Virus record (IMG/VR): IMGVR_UViG_3300043447_000200
Location: 1 to 57,920 of that record
Strand: one strand, 5' to 3'
DNA length: 57,920 nucleotides
Origin: a virus
Taxonomy: Duplodnaviria > Caudoviricetes
Part shown: in pieces, positions 1 through 8,846 of the stretch
How positions within the stretch are numbered: the first letter of the stretch is position 1
Layout of the letters: each line of letters starts with the position of its first letter
Notes under the pieces: model-generated
Database searches by the model: none
What the model was told of the DNA's origin: nothing
What the model saw: only the letters and a program-made list of their open reading frames with translations
Program-made: the position numbers and the translations under genes

Positions 1-127
1 CATTGATGGCCGGTATTGCGTCAGCTCGAGTGGCCACCAACAATTGGGGCACTGATCTTCGTTTCTATACGCACCCCGATACAACAAGCGGAGTCTCTGA
101 AACTTACGAACGCGCCCGTATCGACTC
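1..127 (+). repeat. Terminal overlap block 1 (copy at 57105-57231)
   Basis: 126/127 identical by manual alignment (T31 vs C57135). Identity ends within GAACGCGCCCGTATCGACTC. Confidence 0.95.
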
Positions 128-641
128 AACCGGCTGCTTTTTTGTAGGAACCACGTCAAAAATTGGCAATCCGAAGATTATGACGATTGCCAACGATAGC
201 ACTGCTGCTTTGCATATTGCCGGTGGCAGCACCAGCATCAACTACGCTTTGAGTTTCTACAACCCATCACTAGGTCAGCCTGGCAGTATCTCTTTTTCTA
301 ATACAACGACAACATACAGCACATCTTCTGACTATCGTCTGAAAGAAGACATCCAGCCAATGGCTGGGGCGCTAGCCCGTGTAGCTTCGCTCAAGCCATG
401 CACATACAAATGGAAACTTGATGGCTCTACTGGTGAAGGTTTTATTGCGCATGAACTGCAAGCGGTTGTACCCAATGCTGTCACGGGCGAGAAAGATGCC
501 ATCAATGAAGACGGCTCAATCAAACCACAAGGCATCGACACCAGCTTCTTGGTCGCGACCCTGACCGCCGCCATTCAAGAGCAACAAGCCATCATCGAAC
601 AGCTCAAGGCTGACGTACAAGCATTGAAGGAGGCAGCATGA
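1..641 (+). CDS. 5'-truncated tail fibre C-terminus with peptidase S74-type intramolecular chaperone (allele A of 56168-57880)
   Basis: SDYRLKEDI...GFIAHELQ...coiled-coil motif. N- and C-terminal parts match the end of the 56168-57880 product. Confidence 0.9.
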   Translation, partial: LMAGIASARVATNNWGTDLRFYTHPDTTSGVSETYERARIDSTGCFFVGTTSKIGNPKIMTIANDSTAALHIAGGSTSINYALSFYNPSLGQPGSISFSNTTTTYSTSSDYRLKEDIQPMAGALARVASLKPCTYKWKLDGSTGEGFIAHELQAVVPNAVTGEKDAINEDGSIKPQGIDTSFLVATLTAAIQEQQAIIEQLKADVQALKEAA

Positions 642-681
642 GCCGCGCATCAACACTAGCAAGAGCAGGCACCGCCCTGGC
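528..681 (+). repeat. Terminal overlap block 2 (copy at 57767-57920)
   Basis: 153/154 identical (synonymous C/T at 554). Confidence 0.95.
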
Positions 682-1909
682 TGGCGATTCATCGGGCAAC
701 GTTTCAGTTGGCGGTAACCTCTTTCTTGGGACAACGTCGCAAGCTTACTCGGCCAAGGTCTTGCGTTCTGATAACTCAGATGCGGCAATCCAAAGCTTCT
801 TGATTCGCAACAACAGCAGCGGTAGCGCATCGAGCTGCGGCTACTTCCTTAACTCCTTCGGTAACTCGTGGGCGATTGAGATGGGATCCACAGCTAAAAA
901 CTCGAACGCCTTGACGTTCAGTGTTGATGCTGTCGGTACGCCTTCTGAAAAGATGCGTTTGGATACGGCTGGCCGCCTTTCCGTTGGAACGCAAAATCCA
1001 ACAGCAGGCGGCTTCAATCCAACTGTTTCTGCCAAATCCTTCTTAGACCAAATCGGCGGCGGGATTATGGTGGAAGCCTATGGCAATGACGCCACATTAA
1101 ATTTGGGGTACGACGGCGCATCCATGTTTATTAGTTCGTCGTACCGAACTTCCGCTGGATACAAGCCTATTGCGATCTATACAAGCGGCGTTGAGCGCGC
1201 TCGTTTTGATAACAGTGGTAACTTTGTAATTGGCTCAACAAGTGCGGCCGCATTGCTGCATGCAAAAGGTCAAAACATTCTTACTGCCAACACCACCTAC
1301 CGCAAAGGCTGGATAGGTGGTGCTGGTTCGTGGGGCAGCAATGCCGTAGAAGAGTTGGTTGTTGGATATAGCGGTATTCGAAGCACATACGCCGGTGGCG
1401 ATGACTGGACCCTCTCGTTTACAGCTGGCACATCTGCGCAAACAAACGCAGGAACGCAGGGCGATAAGCTCCGCTTGACAGCTGGCGGCGTGATGACCAA
1501 ATTTGACTCGAACAACAATACCTACGTTCGAGATCATGGCGTATTTTCTGCGGCCGCATCATTTATTCATATCAAATTTAATCTAACAAAAAATACCGAA
1601 AAGATGCTGGGCTTTCGGCTCTATGGGTTTCTTGCTTACAGCGCTTTTATCGAGAGCTACTACGGCTGTTACCTGTACAACGCCGTTTCAACGCCTTACG
1701 GTTCAATCATAAGAGATGCTGGCAATGCTTCTAACGGGTCCATTTACTACGCAGCTGATGGTTACCTCGTGATTAGCTGCTCAACAAATTCTAATAACTA
1801 CACAGGATTACGTTTGGAGTCACTCGTCCACGGAGGGGATTATGGTGGCGGCGTTGATGTTCAGGTGCTCGCGTACAAAGGGCACTCAGCAAGCACAGGA
1901 GCATATTGA
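638..1909 (+). CDS. Tail fibre / receptor-binding protein with ERARFD/EKMRLD-type repeats
   Basis: 423 aa, G/S/T/N-rich, repeated E[RK]xRxDxxG motifs, ATGA overlap with the upstream gene. Confidence 0.8.
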   Translation: MSRASTLARAGTALAGDSSGNVSVGGNLFLGTTSQAYSAKVLRSDNSDAAIQSFLIRNNSSGSASSCGYFLNSFGNSWAIEMGSTAKNSNALTFSVDAVGTPSEKMRLDTAGRLSVGTQNPTAGGFNPTVSAKSFLDQIGGGIMVEAYGNDATLNLGYDGASMFISSSYRTSAGYKPIAIYTSGVERARFDNSGNFVIGSTSAAALLHAKGQNILTANTTYRKGWIGGAGSWGSNAVEELVVGYSGIRSTYAGGDDWTLSFTAGTSAQTNAGTQGDKLRLTAGGVMTKFDSNNNTYVRDHGVFSAAASFIHIKFNLTKNTEKMLGFRLYGFLAYSAFIESYYGCYLYNAVSTPYGSIIRDAGNASNGSIYYAADGYLVISCSTNSNNYTGLRLESLVHGGDYGGGVDVQVLAYKGHSASTGAY

Positions 1910-2202
1910 TGTCATTTATTGAAGTAACGCTCGAAGACGGAAGCAAAGAGTTTCGTCATGTTGATTATGACAAGCTGGTTGTGGATGCCGAGGTTAGGGA
2001 CGCAGCCGCGCAGCCTCTGAACATTCTGACGCCGCAGGATGTTGATGAGTATGAGTCAACTCAATATCAACGTGACCGTGCTCGTGAGTACCCTCCAATC
2101 ACCGACTACATTGACGGCGTTGTTAAAGGCGACCAAGCGCAGATTGATGCGTACATCGCCGCATGCCAAGCGGTCAAGGCCAAGTATCCAAAGCCGGAGT
2201 AA
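1906..2202 (+). CDS. Small fibre-associated (assembly/chaperone-like) protein
   Basis: YQRDRAREYPPI...AVKAKYPK; paralogous to 55890-56168; follows a fibre gene. Confidence 0.65.
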   Translation: MMSFIEVTLEDGSKEFRHVDYDKLVVDAEVRDAAAQPLNILTPQDVDEYESTQYQRDRAREYPPITDYIDGVVKGDQAQIDAYIAACQAVKAKYPKPE

Positions 2203-2206
2203 TTGA

Positions 2207-2413
2207 ATGAACGAAATGATTTCAACAACGGAGGCCAAATTGCAAACACACGAAGCAATCTGCGCCCAACGCTACGAGCAGATCACGCACACGCTCGACA
2301 AGGGCGACAAGCGTATGACCAAGATCGAGTACTGGATTTATGCCGTACTTGCCGCCGTCTTGCTTGGCCCTGGTGCTGCTGCCGAGTTCTTCAAAAAACT
2401 GATCGGCATCTGA
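2207..2413 (+). CDS. Small membrane protein, holin/XhlA-like candidate
   Basis: Coiled-coil followed by one C-terminal TM segment; first gene of the lysis block. Confidence 0.5.
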   Translation: MNEMISTTEAKLQTHEAICAQRYEQITHTLDKGDKRMTKIEYWIYAVLAAVLLGPGAAAEFFKKLIGI

Positions 2414-2414
2414 T

Positions 2415-3158
2415 GTGGACCCTTTCACACTCCTCATGGCCGCTCAGGGCATCGTCGCTGGGATACGCCAGGGGTGTGAAATGCTTTCCCAGGGGCGAGC
2501 TGAAATCAGCAAGCTCAAGAAAACAGTGGAAGGCGGTGTAGCAGATGCTAAAGCGATTTACTCAGAGGTTGCAGGACTTTGGGGCTGGCTTAAAGGCCTA
2601 TTTGGTGGCAAGCCGCCAGCTCGACAAAGCGTTGCAGTCGCCGCCACCGAAGCCAAGCCAGCAGGAAATAAAGGTAGTGCAGGACGAAGTGCAAAAGCTC
2701 GTGAACGAGAGCCTGAACTCAGCTACGAAGAATACCAAACGCAAGCGGTCCACCAGATCTGCGAGCAGCTCAAACAGTTCTTCGAGATCAGGCGCCAACT
2801 CATCGAGTACTGCAAGCAGCTCGAAGAGGAAAGCAAAACAACAGCAGACATCGAAGGGGCGGCGTTAGACCGGATTCAGATCGAAATGCAGCTTGAACAA
2901 ATGACAGTACAGATTCGAGAAACCATGATCTACACGCCGAAGGAAATCGGCTTGCAGTCGATCTACTCCAGGTTCCTCAAGATGTATGACCAGATCTTGG
3001 AAGAGCGTGAGTTCGATCGACAGTTAAAGCGCAAGCAGAGGATTGATGAAGAATGGCAACAAGAATACCGCCGCCAAATCAGGTTCGCCAAGCTGGGGTA
3101 CGCAGTAGTGGTGGCGCTCGTGACCCTGGAGCTGACGGGACTGTTTTTTCATCTATGA
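2415..3158 (+). CDS. Hypothetical coiled-coil protein with C-terminal TM helix
   Basis: 247-aa ORF with phage-like codon usage, tightly packed. Confidence 0.7.
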   Translation: MDPFTLLMAAQGIVAGIRQGCEMLSQGRAEISKLKKTVEGGVADAKAIYSEVAGLWGWLKGLFGGKPPARQSVAVAATEAKPAGNKGSAGRSAKAREREPELSYEEYQTQAVHQICEQLKQFFEIRRQLIEYCKQLEEESKTTADIEGAALDRIQIEMQLEQMTVQIRETMIYTPKEIGLQSIYSRFLKMYDQILEEREFDRQLKRKQRIDEEWQQEYRRQIRFAKLGYAVVVALVTLELTGLFFHL

Positions 3159-3352
3159 CTGAGTTCAAGCTTTGGATGATTGTTGTAACGCTGTTGATTT
3201 TTTGCATCATGTTGCTGTCGTTTACAGCGGCTTACTTGAGTAAGCAGGTTAGCAAAGCGGAGGTGATGCTGTTGAGATTAGAAGAGAAGGAAAAGAAACG
3301 TGAAAAGCCTCGTATTGATCCTAAGCCTAGTGGTGACGATGACCGGTTGTGA
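3155..3352 (+). CDS. Small membrane protein (MTEFKLWMIV...)
   Basis: ATG at 3155 overlaps the upstream stop; N-terminal TM and basic tail. Confidence 0.6.
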   Translation: MTEFKLWMIVVTLLIFCIMLLSFTAAYLSKQVSKAEVMLLRLEEKEKKREKPRIDPKPSGDDDRL

Positions 3353-3518
3353 AGACCGTTACCGTTACTTCTGCCAAGACCCCAAGAACTTTTCAGCCAA
3401 GCGTTGCCAGCGCCCTGATTGCCTGTTTACGCAAGACTGCCCTGATTACCTTGTCGCTCCAGTGCTGGAGAAGCAAGTCCAGCAACCCGCCCAACCCGCA
3501 TCGGAGCCGACGAAATGA
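3300..3518 (+). CDS. Cys-rich lipoprotein
   Basis: Signal peptide and lipobox-like MTG-C, followed by four more Cys. Confidence 0.7.
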   Translation: MKSLVLILSLVVTMTGCEDRYRYFCQDPKNFSAKRCQRPDCLFTQDCPDYLVAPVLEKQVQQPAQPASEPTK

Positions 3519-4039
3519 ACTCACTCGAAATTAAATCAGTCGAAGAACTTGTTCGCCTCATTCAAGTTTGCGTCTGGGGCTTTGTTGTTTTCGTTCTGAT
3601 GCTGGTGCTCGGCGGTATCGTCGGCTCATTCCTCTACTCAATCATGTTCGTTGGTCAGCCAATGAAGGCCATGTCGCCCATCGACCAAGCCTTCACCAAG
3701 ATGCTCAACGACATCGTGCTGATTCTGGCCAGCAGCGTTACGACCATCGTCAGTATGTTCGCCGTTAACAAGGGCATCCAATCTGCCGCAGAAAAGATCG
3801 CGCCTGCGCTCGGCATACCCCCTAGCACACCCCCTAGCCCGCCTCCTGCGCCCGCTCCTGCGGCCCCTGTCGCCCCTTCTGGCGGCATGCCCGACTTCAA
3901 CTGGATGGGCTTGGCGCCTGTTCAGTTTGACGAGACTTGGAGAGCGCCACCTCCGCCCACAACTCCGCCCGACTTTGTTGACCCCTCCAAGGAGGAGATC
4001 TCGGTCGAGCGTGAGCTTGCCAAGCGGGAGAGCGTCTGA
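3515..4039 (+). CDS. Two-TM membrane protein with Pro-rich tail (possible holin)
   Basis: Two hydrophobic segments; lies directly upstream of the spanin. Confidence 0.6.
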   Translation: MNSLEIKSVEELVRLIQVCVWGFVVFVLMLVLGGIVGSFLYSIMFVGQPMKAMSPIDQAFTKMLNDIVLILASSVTTIVSMFAVNKGIQSAAEKIAPALGIPPSTPPSPPPAPAPAAPVAPSGGMPDFNWMGLAPVQFDETWRAPPPPTTPPDFVDPSKEEISVERELAKRESV

Positions 4040-4506
4040 TGCCCAAGCAAATCTATGTAGCGCTGGCCATCGTGCTGGCGCTCTTTGGTCTGTATCGCTA
4101 TGGCCACCATGCTGGCTGGGTTGATCGCGACCAGGAGATGCAGGCCGAGATCGCTCAAAAGAATGAGGAGGCTCGTGAGCGTGAGAAGCAGCTCACTGAG
4201 CAAATTAACTCAACAACCTACAAATTGAAGGATGCGAACGATGCAATCACTCAAAAACAGTCTGCTCTTGATCGCGCTATCAGCGCTGGCAGGGTGCGCC
4301 TCCCCTCCTCAAGTTGCGTACAAGCCAGTGCAAGTGCCGCCCCTGCCGCCGGAAGTGGCGACCAAGCGGGAAGCGAATCTGACCGAGAGACTCTCCGGCT
4401 TATTGCTCAAATCGCAGCCGATGGAGACAAAGCCATCAACCAGCTCAACGCCTGCATCGACGCCTACAACGCCGTCCGCGAGCAAGTAAATTCACAGGGG
4501 AAGTAA
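4039..4506 (+). CDS. Rz-like inner-membrane spanin
   Basis: N-terminal TM, coiled coil and QLNACIDAY C-terminus; contains a nested lipoprotein ORF. Confidence 0.85.
   Translation: MPKQIYVALAIVLALFGLYRYGHHAGWVDRDQEMQAEIAQKNEEAREREKQLTEQINSTTYKLKDANDAITQKQSALDRAISAGRVRLPSSSCVQASASAAPAAGSGDQAGSESDRETLRLIAQIAADGDKAINQLNACIDAYNAVREQVNSQGK
4241..4489 (+). CDS. Rz1-like outer-membrane spanin lipoprotein (embedded, alternate frame)
   Basis: LAG-C lipobox, Pro-rich mature part, AAGGA RBS upstream, fully inside the Rz-like gene. Confidence 0.8.
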   Translation: MQSLKNSLLLIALSALAGCASPPQVAYKPVQVPPLPPEVATKREANLTERLSGLLLKSQPMETKPSTSSTPASTPTTPSASK

Positions 4507-5136
4507 ATGGTTACAGCCGAACAACTACAACGCCTTCACATCAGCCCCGCTCTGGTCGAGCCGCTGAATGCAACCTTTCAGCGATGGGGCATCAACACCC
4601 CTGTGCAGCAAGCAGCTTTCTTGGCGCAATGCGGTCACGAGAGCAACAGCTTCAAGGTCATCGAGGAGAACCTCATGTACCGCGCAGAGACCCTGCTCAA
4701 GCTGTTCCCCAAGACGCCCAAGCGCGCATGGGGCTTCACGCCTGAGGAGGCCAAAGCCTACGAGCGTCAGCCTCAAAAGATCGCCAACCGCATTTACGGC
4801 AACCGTATGGGCAACCGTGATGAAGCTTCAGGCGATGGCTGGCGTTTCCGCGGATCCGGATATTTGCAGCTCACCGGCCATGCAAACTTCTTCCACGCTG
4901 GCAAAGCCCTCGGCCAAGACTTCGTGATGAAGCCTGACCTGGTGCGCACACCAGAGTGGGGTATGCAGACCGCTGGCTGGTATTGGGCAACCCACAAGTG
5001 CAACGAGCTGGCCGACGCAAGGAACTGGCAGGGTCTCACCAAGGCCATCAACGGTGGACTGATCGGTCTTGAAGATCGCATCCACCATACGAATTTGGCG
5101 TTCTCCGCTATCGGTGACACAAGCGTTTTTGCTTAA
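4507..5136 (+). CDS. Endolysin, glycoside hydrolase family 19
   Basis: FLAQCGHES, FRGSGYLQLTG and INGGLIGLEDR motifs. Confidence 0.92.
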   Translation: MVTAEQLQRLHISPALVEPLNATFQRWGINTPVQQAAFLAQCGHESNSFKVIEENLMYRAETLLKLFPKTPKRAWGFTPEEAKAYERQPQKIANRIYGNRMGNRDEASGDGWRFRGSGYLQLTGHANFFHAGKALGQDFVMKPDLVRTPEWGMQTAGWYWATHKCNELADARNWQGLTKAINGGLIGLEDRIHHTNLAFSAIGDTSVFA

Positions 5137-5159
5137 CCCCCAAGTATCCTAGGGCCATC

Positions 5160-5471
5160 ATGAAAGCATCAGGAATCAAGCGTCAGGGCGGCAAGCTCGT
5201 CTACCGCGGCATCGAGTTCGATGGGTTTAACAAGCCCAAGAATGCCCCTGCCGGCGCGAAAGAAAAGAAGATCGTGCTGGCCAAGAAAGGTGACGAGGTC
5301 AAGATCGTGCGGTTTGGTCTGCGCGGTATGTCCGACTTCACCCAGCACAAGGATCCTGAGCGCCGTGCCAACTACCTCGCTCGGTCTGGCGGCATCCGCA
5401 ACAAGAGTGGCGAGCTGACCAAGAACGACCCGTTCAGCGCCAACTACTGGGCCAGAAAAGTTCTCTGGTAA
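5160..5471 (+). CDS. Conserved basic phage protein
   Basis: K/R-rich; VRFG...SANYWARKVLW. Confidence 0.7.
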   Translation: MKASGIKRQGGKLVYRGIEFDGFNKPKNAPAGAKEKKIVLAKKGDEVKIVRFGLRGMSDFTQHKDPERRANYLARSGGIRNKSGELTKNDPFSANYWARKVLW

Positions 5472-5477
5472 TCAGCC

Positions 5478-7100
5478 ATGCCAACCATTTCACTCAAAGC
5501 TTTCTCCGGCCTCAAGCCCATCGTTGACCCAACCCTGCTGGCCAACGGTGAGGCGACCATCGCCAGCAACCTTAAATTGATCTCTGGGGCGCTTTCTCCG
5601 CTTCTGGGTACCACCACCCTCAAAGCCCTGACAAAGACCACTCCTGCCACGATTTACCGCTACGGCACGGCATCGGCAGAGACCGACTACTGGCTCGAGT
5701 TCACCGCCCAGACCGATGTGATGAAGTCGCCGGTGCTGAACAATCAGTACGGCATGCTCTACTGGAGCGACGGTGTCCAGGCTAAGTACGCCCCCAACAG
5801 CGCGATCCTGTCTGGCTCGACCTACCCTGGCGCCAGCTACAACCTGGGCATCCCCGCCCCTGCTGCCACCCCTTCGGCGTCTGGAACGGCTGCATCCGCG
5901 GCAGCTCAGTCCGAAACCCGAACCTATGTCTATACCTACGTATCGGCCTATGGCGAGGAGGGACCACCCTCGGCTGCATCCACCCCCATCACCATCAATC
6001 CGACCGCAGCCGTGACCGTTTCTGGCATGTCTGTGGCCCCTGCTGGCGCCTACAACATCACCGCCAAGCGGATCTACCGGTCCTCTACCGTTGGTAATCA
6101 GGCTCAGTTCCAGTTCGTGGCCGAGATTCCGGTGGCCAACACCAGCTATTCGGACACCGTGACTCAGGCAAATCTGGGGGAAACCCTAGAGACCGAGAGC
6201 TGGTATGCCCCTCCAGCCAACCTCAAGGGGTTGAAGATGATGGCGGGCAACATTGCCTTGGGCTTCGTCGACAACACGGTCTACGCCTCGATGAACGGCC
6301 TGCCTCATGCCTGGCCATACAAATACCCCATTGACCACAACATCGTGGGCATCGGTGTGTTTAGCCAGTCGGCTGTCATCCTGACTGATGGCTACCCTTA
6401 CACCATGTCGGGCGTCGATCCGGAGACCATGACGCCTGAGCGCATGAAGTTACCTCAGGCCTGCCTGTCCAGAGAGTCGATCGTCGAGATCGGTGACGGC
6501 ATCCTGTACGCCTCGCCTGATGGCCTGATCTCGATCGGCTCTGCTGGCGTGGACATCCTGACCAAAGGCATGTTCAGCCCTGTCCAGTGGCGAGCCTACA
6601 ACCCTGCCAGCTTCAAGGCCGTGGTGTACGAGAACCGCTACATCGCGTTCTTCACCCGAGCCAACGGCACCCGCGGGGTTCTGATCCTCGACTTCTCCGG
6701 CGCCAGCGCACCGGTGACCGAGTGCGACATCAACTCGGCAACGGCAGTTACGGCGGTATACGCAGATCCACGTACAGATACGTTGTACATGGCACAAGGA
6801 ACGAACATCGTTCGCTTTGACCGCGGCTCTGCGATGACCTACACATGGCGCTCGAAGGTCTATCGCCAAGCCTACGCCATCAACTATGGTTACGGTCAGG
6901 TGGTGGCTGACGCCTACCCTGTGACCATGAAGGTCTATGCGGATGGTGTGCTCAAGGTGACCAAGACGGTGACCAGCAGCGGCGTCTTCCCGCTGCCAAG
7001 CGGTTTCCGAGCCACCGATTACCAGATCGAGCTGACCGGCACGGCCAACGTCACCCAGGCCAACCTCTCCACCTCGGTTGAGGAGCTGCGTCAGACATGA
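5478..7100 (+). CDS. Virion tail/nozzle (DNA-stabilisation-like) protein
   Basis: 540 aa, beta-rich, YVYTYVSAYGEEGPPS motif, located before the ejection genes. Confidence 0.65.
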   Translation: MPTISLKAFSGLKPIVDPTLLANGEATIASNLKLISGALSPLLGTTTLKALTKTTPATIYRYGTASAETDYWLEFTAQTDVMKSPVLNNQYGMLYWSDGVQAKYAPNSAILSGSTYPGASYNLGIPAPAATPSASGTAASAAAQSETRTYVYTYVSAYGEEGPPSAASTPITINPTAAVTVSGMSVAPAGAYNITAKRIYRSSTVGNQAQFQFVAEIPVANTSYSDTVTQANLGETLETESWYAPPANLKGLKMMAGNIALGFVDNTVYASMNGLPHAWPYKYPIDHNIVGIGVFSQSAVILTDGYPYTMSGVDPETMTPERMKLPQACLSRESIVEIGDGILYASPDGLISIGSAGVDILTKGMFSPVQWRAYNPASFKAVVYENRYIAFFTRANGTRGVLILDFSGASAPVTECDINSATAVTAVYADPRTDTLYMAQGTNIVRFDRGSAMTYTWRSKVYRQAYAINYGYGQVVADAYPVTMKVYADGVLKVTKTVTSSGVFPLPSGFRATDYQIELTGTANVTQANLSTSVEELRQT

Positions 7101-8605
7101 GTTCGAAGGTCCCATCAATCCCAGCGGTCACGGACGACAACCTTGTCGCCGTGGCCAAGGCCGTCAAGTCGATCCTCGATGTGCGCGAGGGGCGCGTCGG
7201 CAATGTGCTGGATTCGTACATCACCTACCGCGACCTGATCACATCCGGCATCGCTGCCCAGGCTACCGGCCTAAGCGGTGGATCTGCCTCGCCGATCATC
7301 TCGGCTGGCCTGCCGCCCGATGGCTACGACCCAACAACCGACACCACACCTCCACCGATACCTACCGGCCTGAGCCAATCTGCTGGCATCACAGCCATCC
7401 AGTTGCAATGGAGCGATTGGGGCTACCGAAACCACGCTTACACCGAGGTGTGGCGCCATACGAGCAACGCCCTTGGTTCGGCGGTCCTGATCGGCACAAC
7501 CGACACGACCTTCTATTCCGACTCGGTTGGCTCGACGAGCAAGACCTACTACTACTGGATCCGGTTTGTTTCGCAAGCCAACGTTAAAAGCCCGTACAAC
7601 AACACCAATGGCCTTGCCTCATCGACCGGTCTGATCGCTGGTGTTGACCTATCCGACCTGATCATCACCGCCAGCAAGCTGGCTGCTGACGCTGTCGAGA
7701 GCGGCAAGATCAAAGATGCTGCGGTCACCACAACCAAGATCGCCAACCTTGCCGTTGGCAATGCTGCGATCGCCAATGGCGCAATCACCAATGCAAAGAT
7801 CGGGGATGCCGCAGTTGATACAGCGAAGATCTCGGATGCAGCCATCACGAACGCCAAGATCGGTAACCTGGCTGTCACGACAGCTAAGATCGCAGACGGC
7901 AATATCACCTCGGCGAAGATTGCTGATGCCAACATCACGACAGCCAAGATTGCTGACGCGAACATTACGGCAGCGAAGATCGCCGATGCAAACATCACTT
8001 CAGCCAAGATTGCTGACGGCAACATTACAAGCGCCAAAATTGCTGATGCCTCGATCACCACGGCGAAGATCGCTGATGGCCAGATCACGAACGCCAAGAT
8101 CGGCGACACGATTCAGTCAAACAATTACAGCCCAGGCGGGGCTGGCTGGCGCATTCTCAAAGACGGTAGCGCCGAGTTCAATGGTCCGGTCATCTCGCGA
8201 AACATCGTGGTGGCCAGCGGCACTGCCGCCCTGTGGAACACGAGAACATATCTCGGCGGGGCAATCACCATCAACGGGGTGACTTGGCGCGACCAAGGGT
8301 ACGCCTGGATTGAAACCGGCTTCACCACAGAGGCTTGGAAGGCCACGAATTCTGCGCTGGTATTCACGGCTGGCGTGAATGATGGCGTGACCGTCTGGCA
8401 ATCGCCTCCTCCTGCCTATGCCATTCAATATGTTTGGTTCTCGGTTCAGGTTGTTGAAATCGGATACCAGTGGCGCTGGACCGGAAACCCTCAGGTCATG
8501 GTCTTGATTCGCTTGCTGGTCAGGCCGTTCGATAACCTCGAGTCATTCATGCTGAACAACGGCGGCGTGGGCGGTATTGATTGGAAACTTTATAGGGTGA
8601 CGTAA
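7097..8605 (+). CDS. Tail fibre/host-specificity protein with 10-aa ITxAKIADxN repeats
   Basis: FN3-like YYYWIRFV segment, tandem repeats, IQSNNY..G..GWRI motif, divergent C-terminus. Confidence 0.8.
   Translation: MSSKVPSIPAVTDDNLVAVAKAVKSILDVREGRVGNVLDSYITYRDLITSGIAAQATGLSGGSASPIISAGLPPDGYDPTTDTTPPPIPTGLSQSAGITAIQLQWSDWGYRNHAYTEVWRHTSNALGSAVLIGTTDTTFYSDSVGSTSKTYYYWIRFVSQANVKSPYNNTNGLASSTGLIAGVDLSDLIITASKLAADAVESGKIKDAAVTTTKIANLAVGNAAIANGAITNAKIGDAAVDTAKISDAAITNAKIGNLAVTTAKIADGNITSAKIADANITTAKIADANITAAKIADANITSAKIADGNITSAKIADASITTAKIADGQITNAKIGDTIQSNNYSPGGAGWRILKDGSAEFNGPVISRNIVVASGTAALWNTRTYLGGAITINGVTWRDQGYAWIETGFTTEAWKATNSALVFTAGVNDGVTVWQSPPPAYAIQYVWFSVQVVEIGYQWRWTGNPQVMVLIRLLVRPFDNLESFMLNNGGVGGIDWKLYRVT
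7700..8110 (+). repeat. Degenerate 30-nt coding tandem repeat
   Basis: About 13 units of (A/G)ATCACxxCxGCCAAGATTGCTGAY-like sequence. Confidence 0.85.
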
Positions 8606-8805
8606 TGATTGTTGTACTGAATCACGAAGGCTATTTCATATCCAGATTGCACGAGCCGACAGAAGAAGATCTGGCTCGTCCTGACGTATTCGAGGCGCCC
8701 GAATCGGACATGCTCAACAACCAATGGAAGTTGGTCGATGGAGCTTGGGTTGCTCCTCCTGTGGTTGAGCCTGACCCTGGTGCAATCGTGCGCCCTCCAC
8801 GTTGA
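8605..8805 (+). CDS. Small fibre-associated hypothetical protein
   Basis: TAATG overlap with the fibre gene; WKLVDGAWVAP motif. Confidence 0.6.
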   Translation: MIVVLNHEGYFISRLHEPTEEDLARPDVFEAPESDMLNNQWKLVDGAWVAPPVVEPDPGAIVRPPR

Positions 8806-8846
8806 TTTACGTACTTTTAAGAACGACCCCCACCTAGAATAAACCC

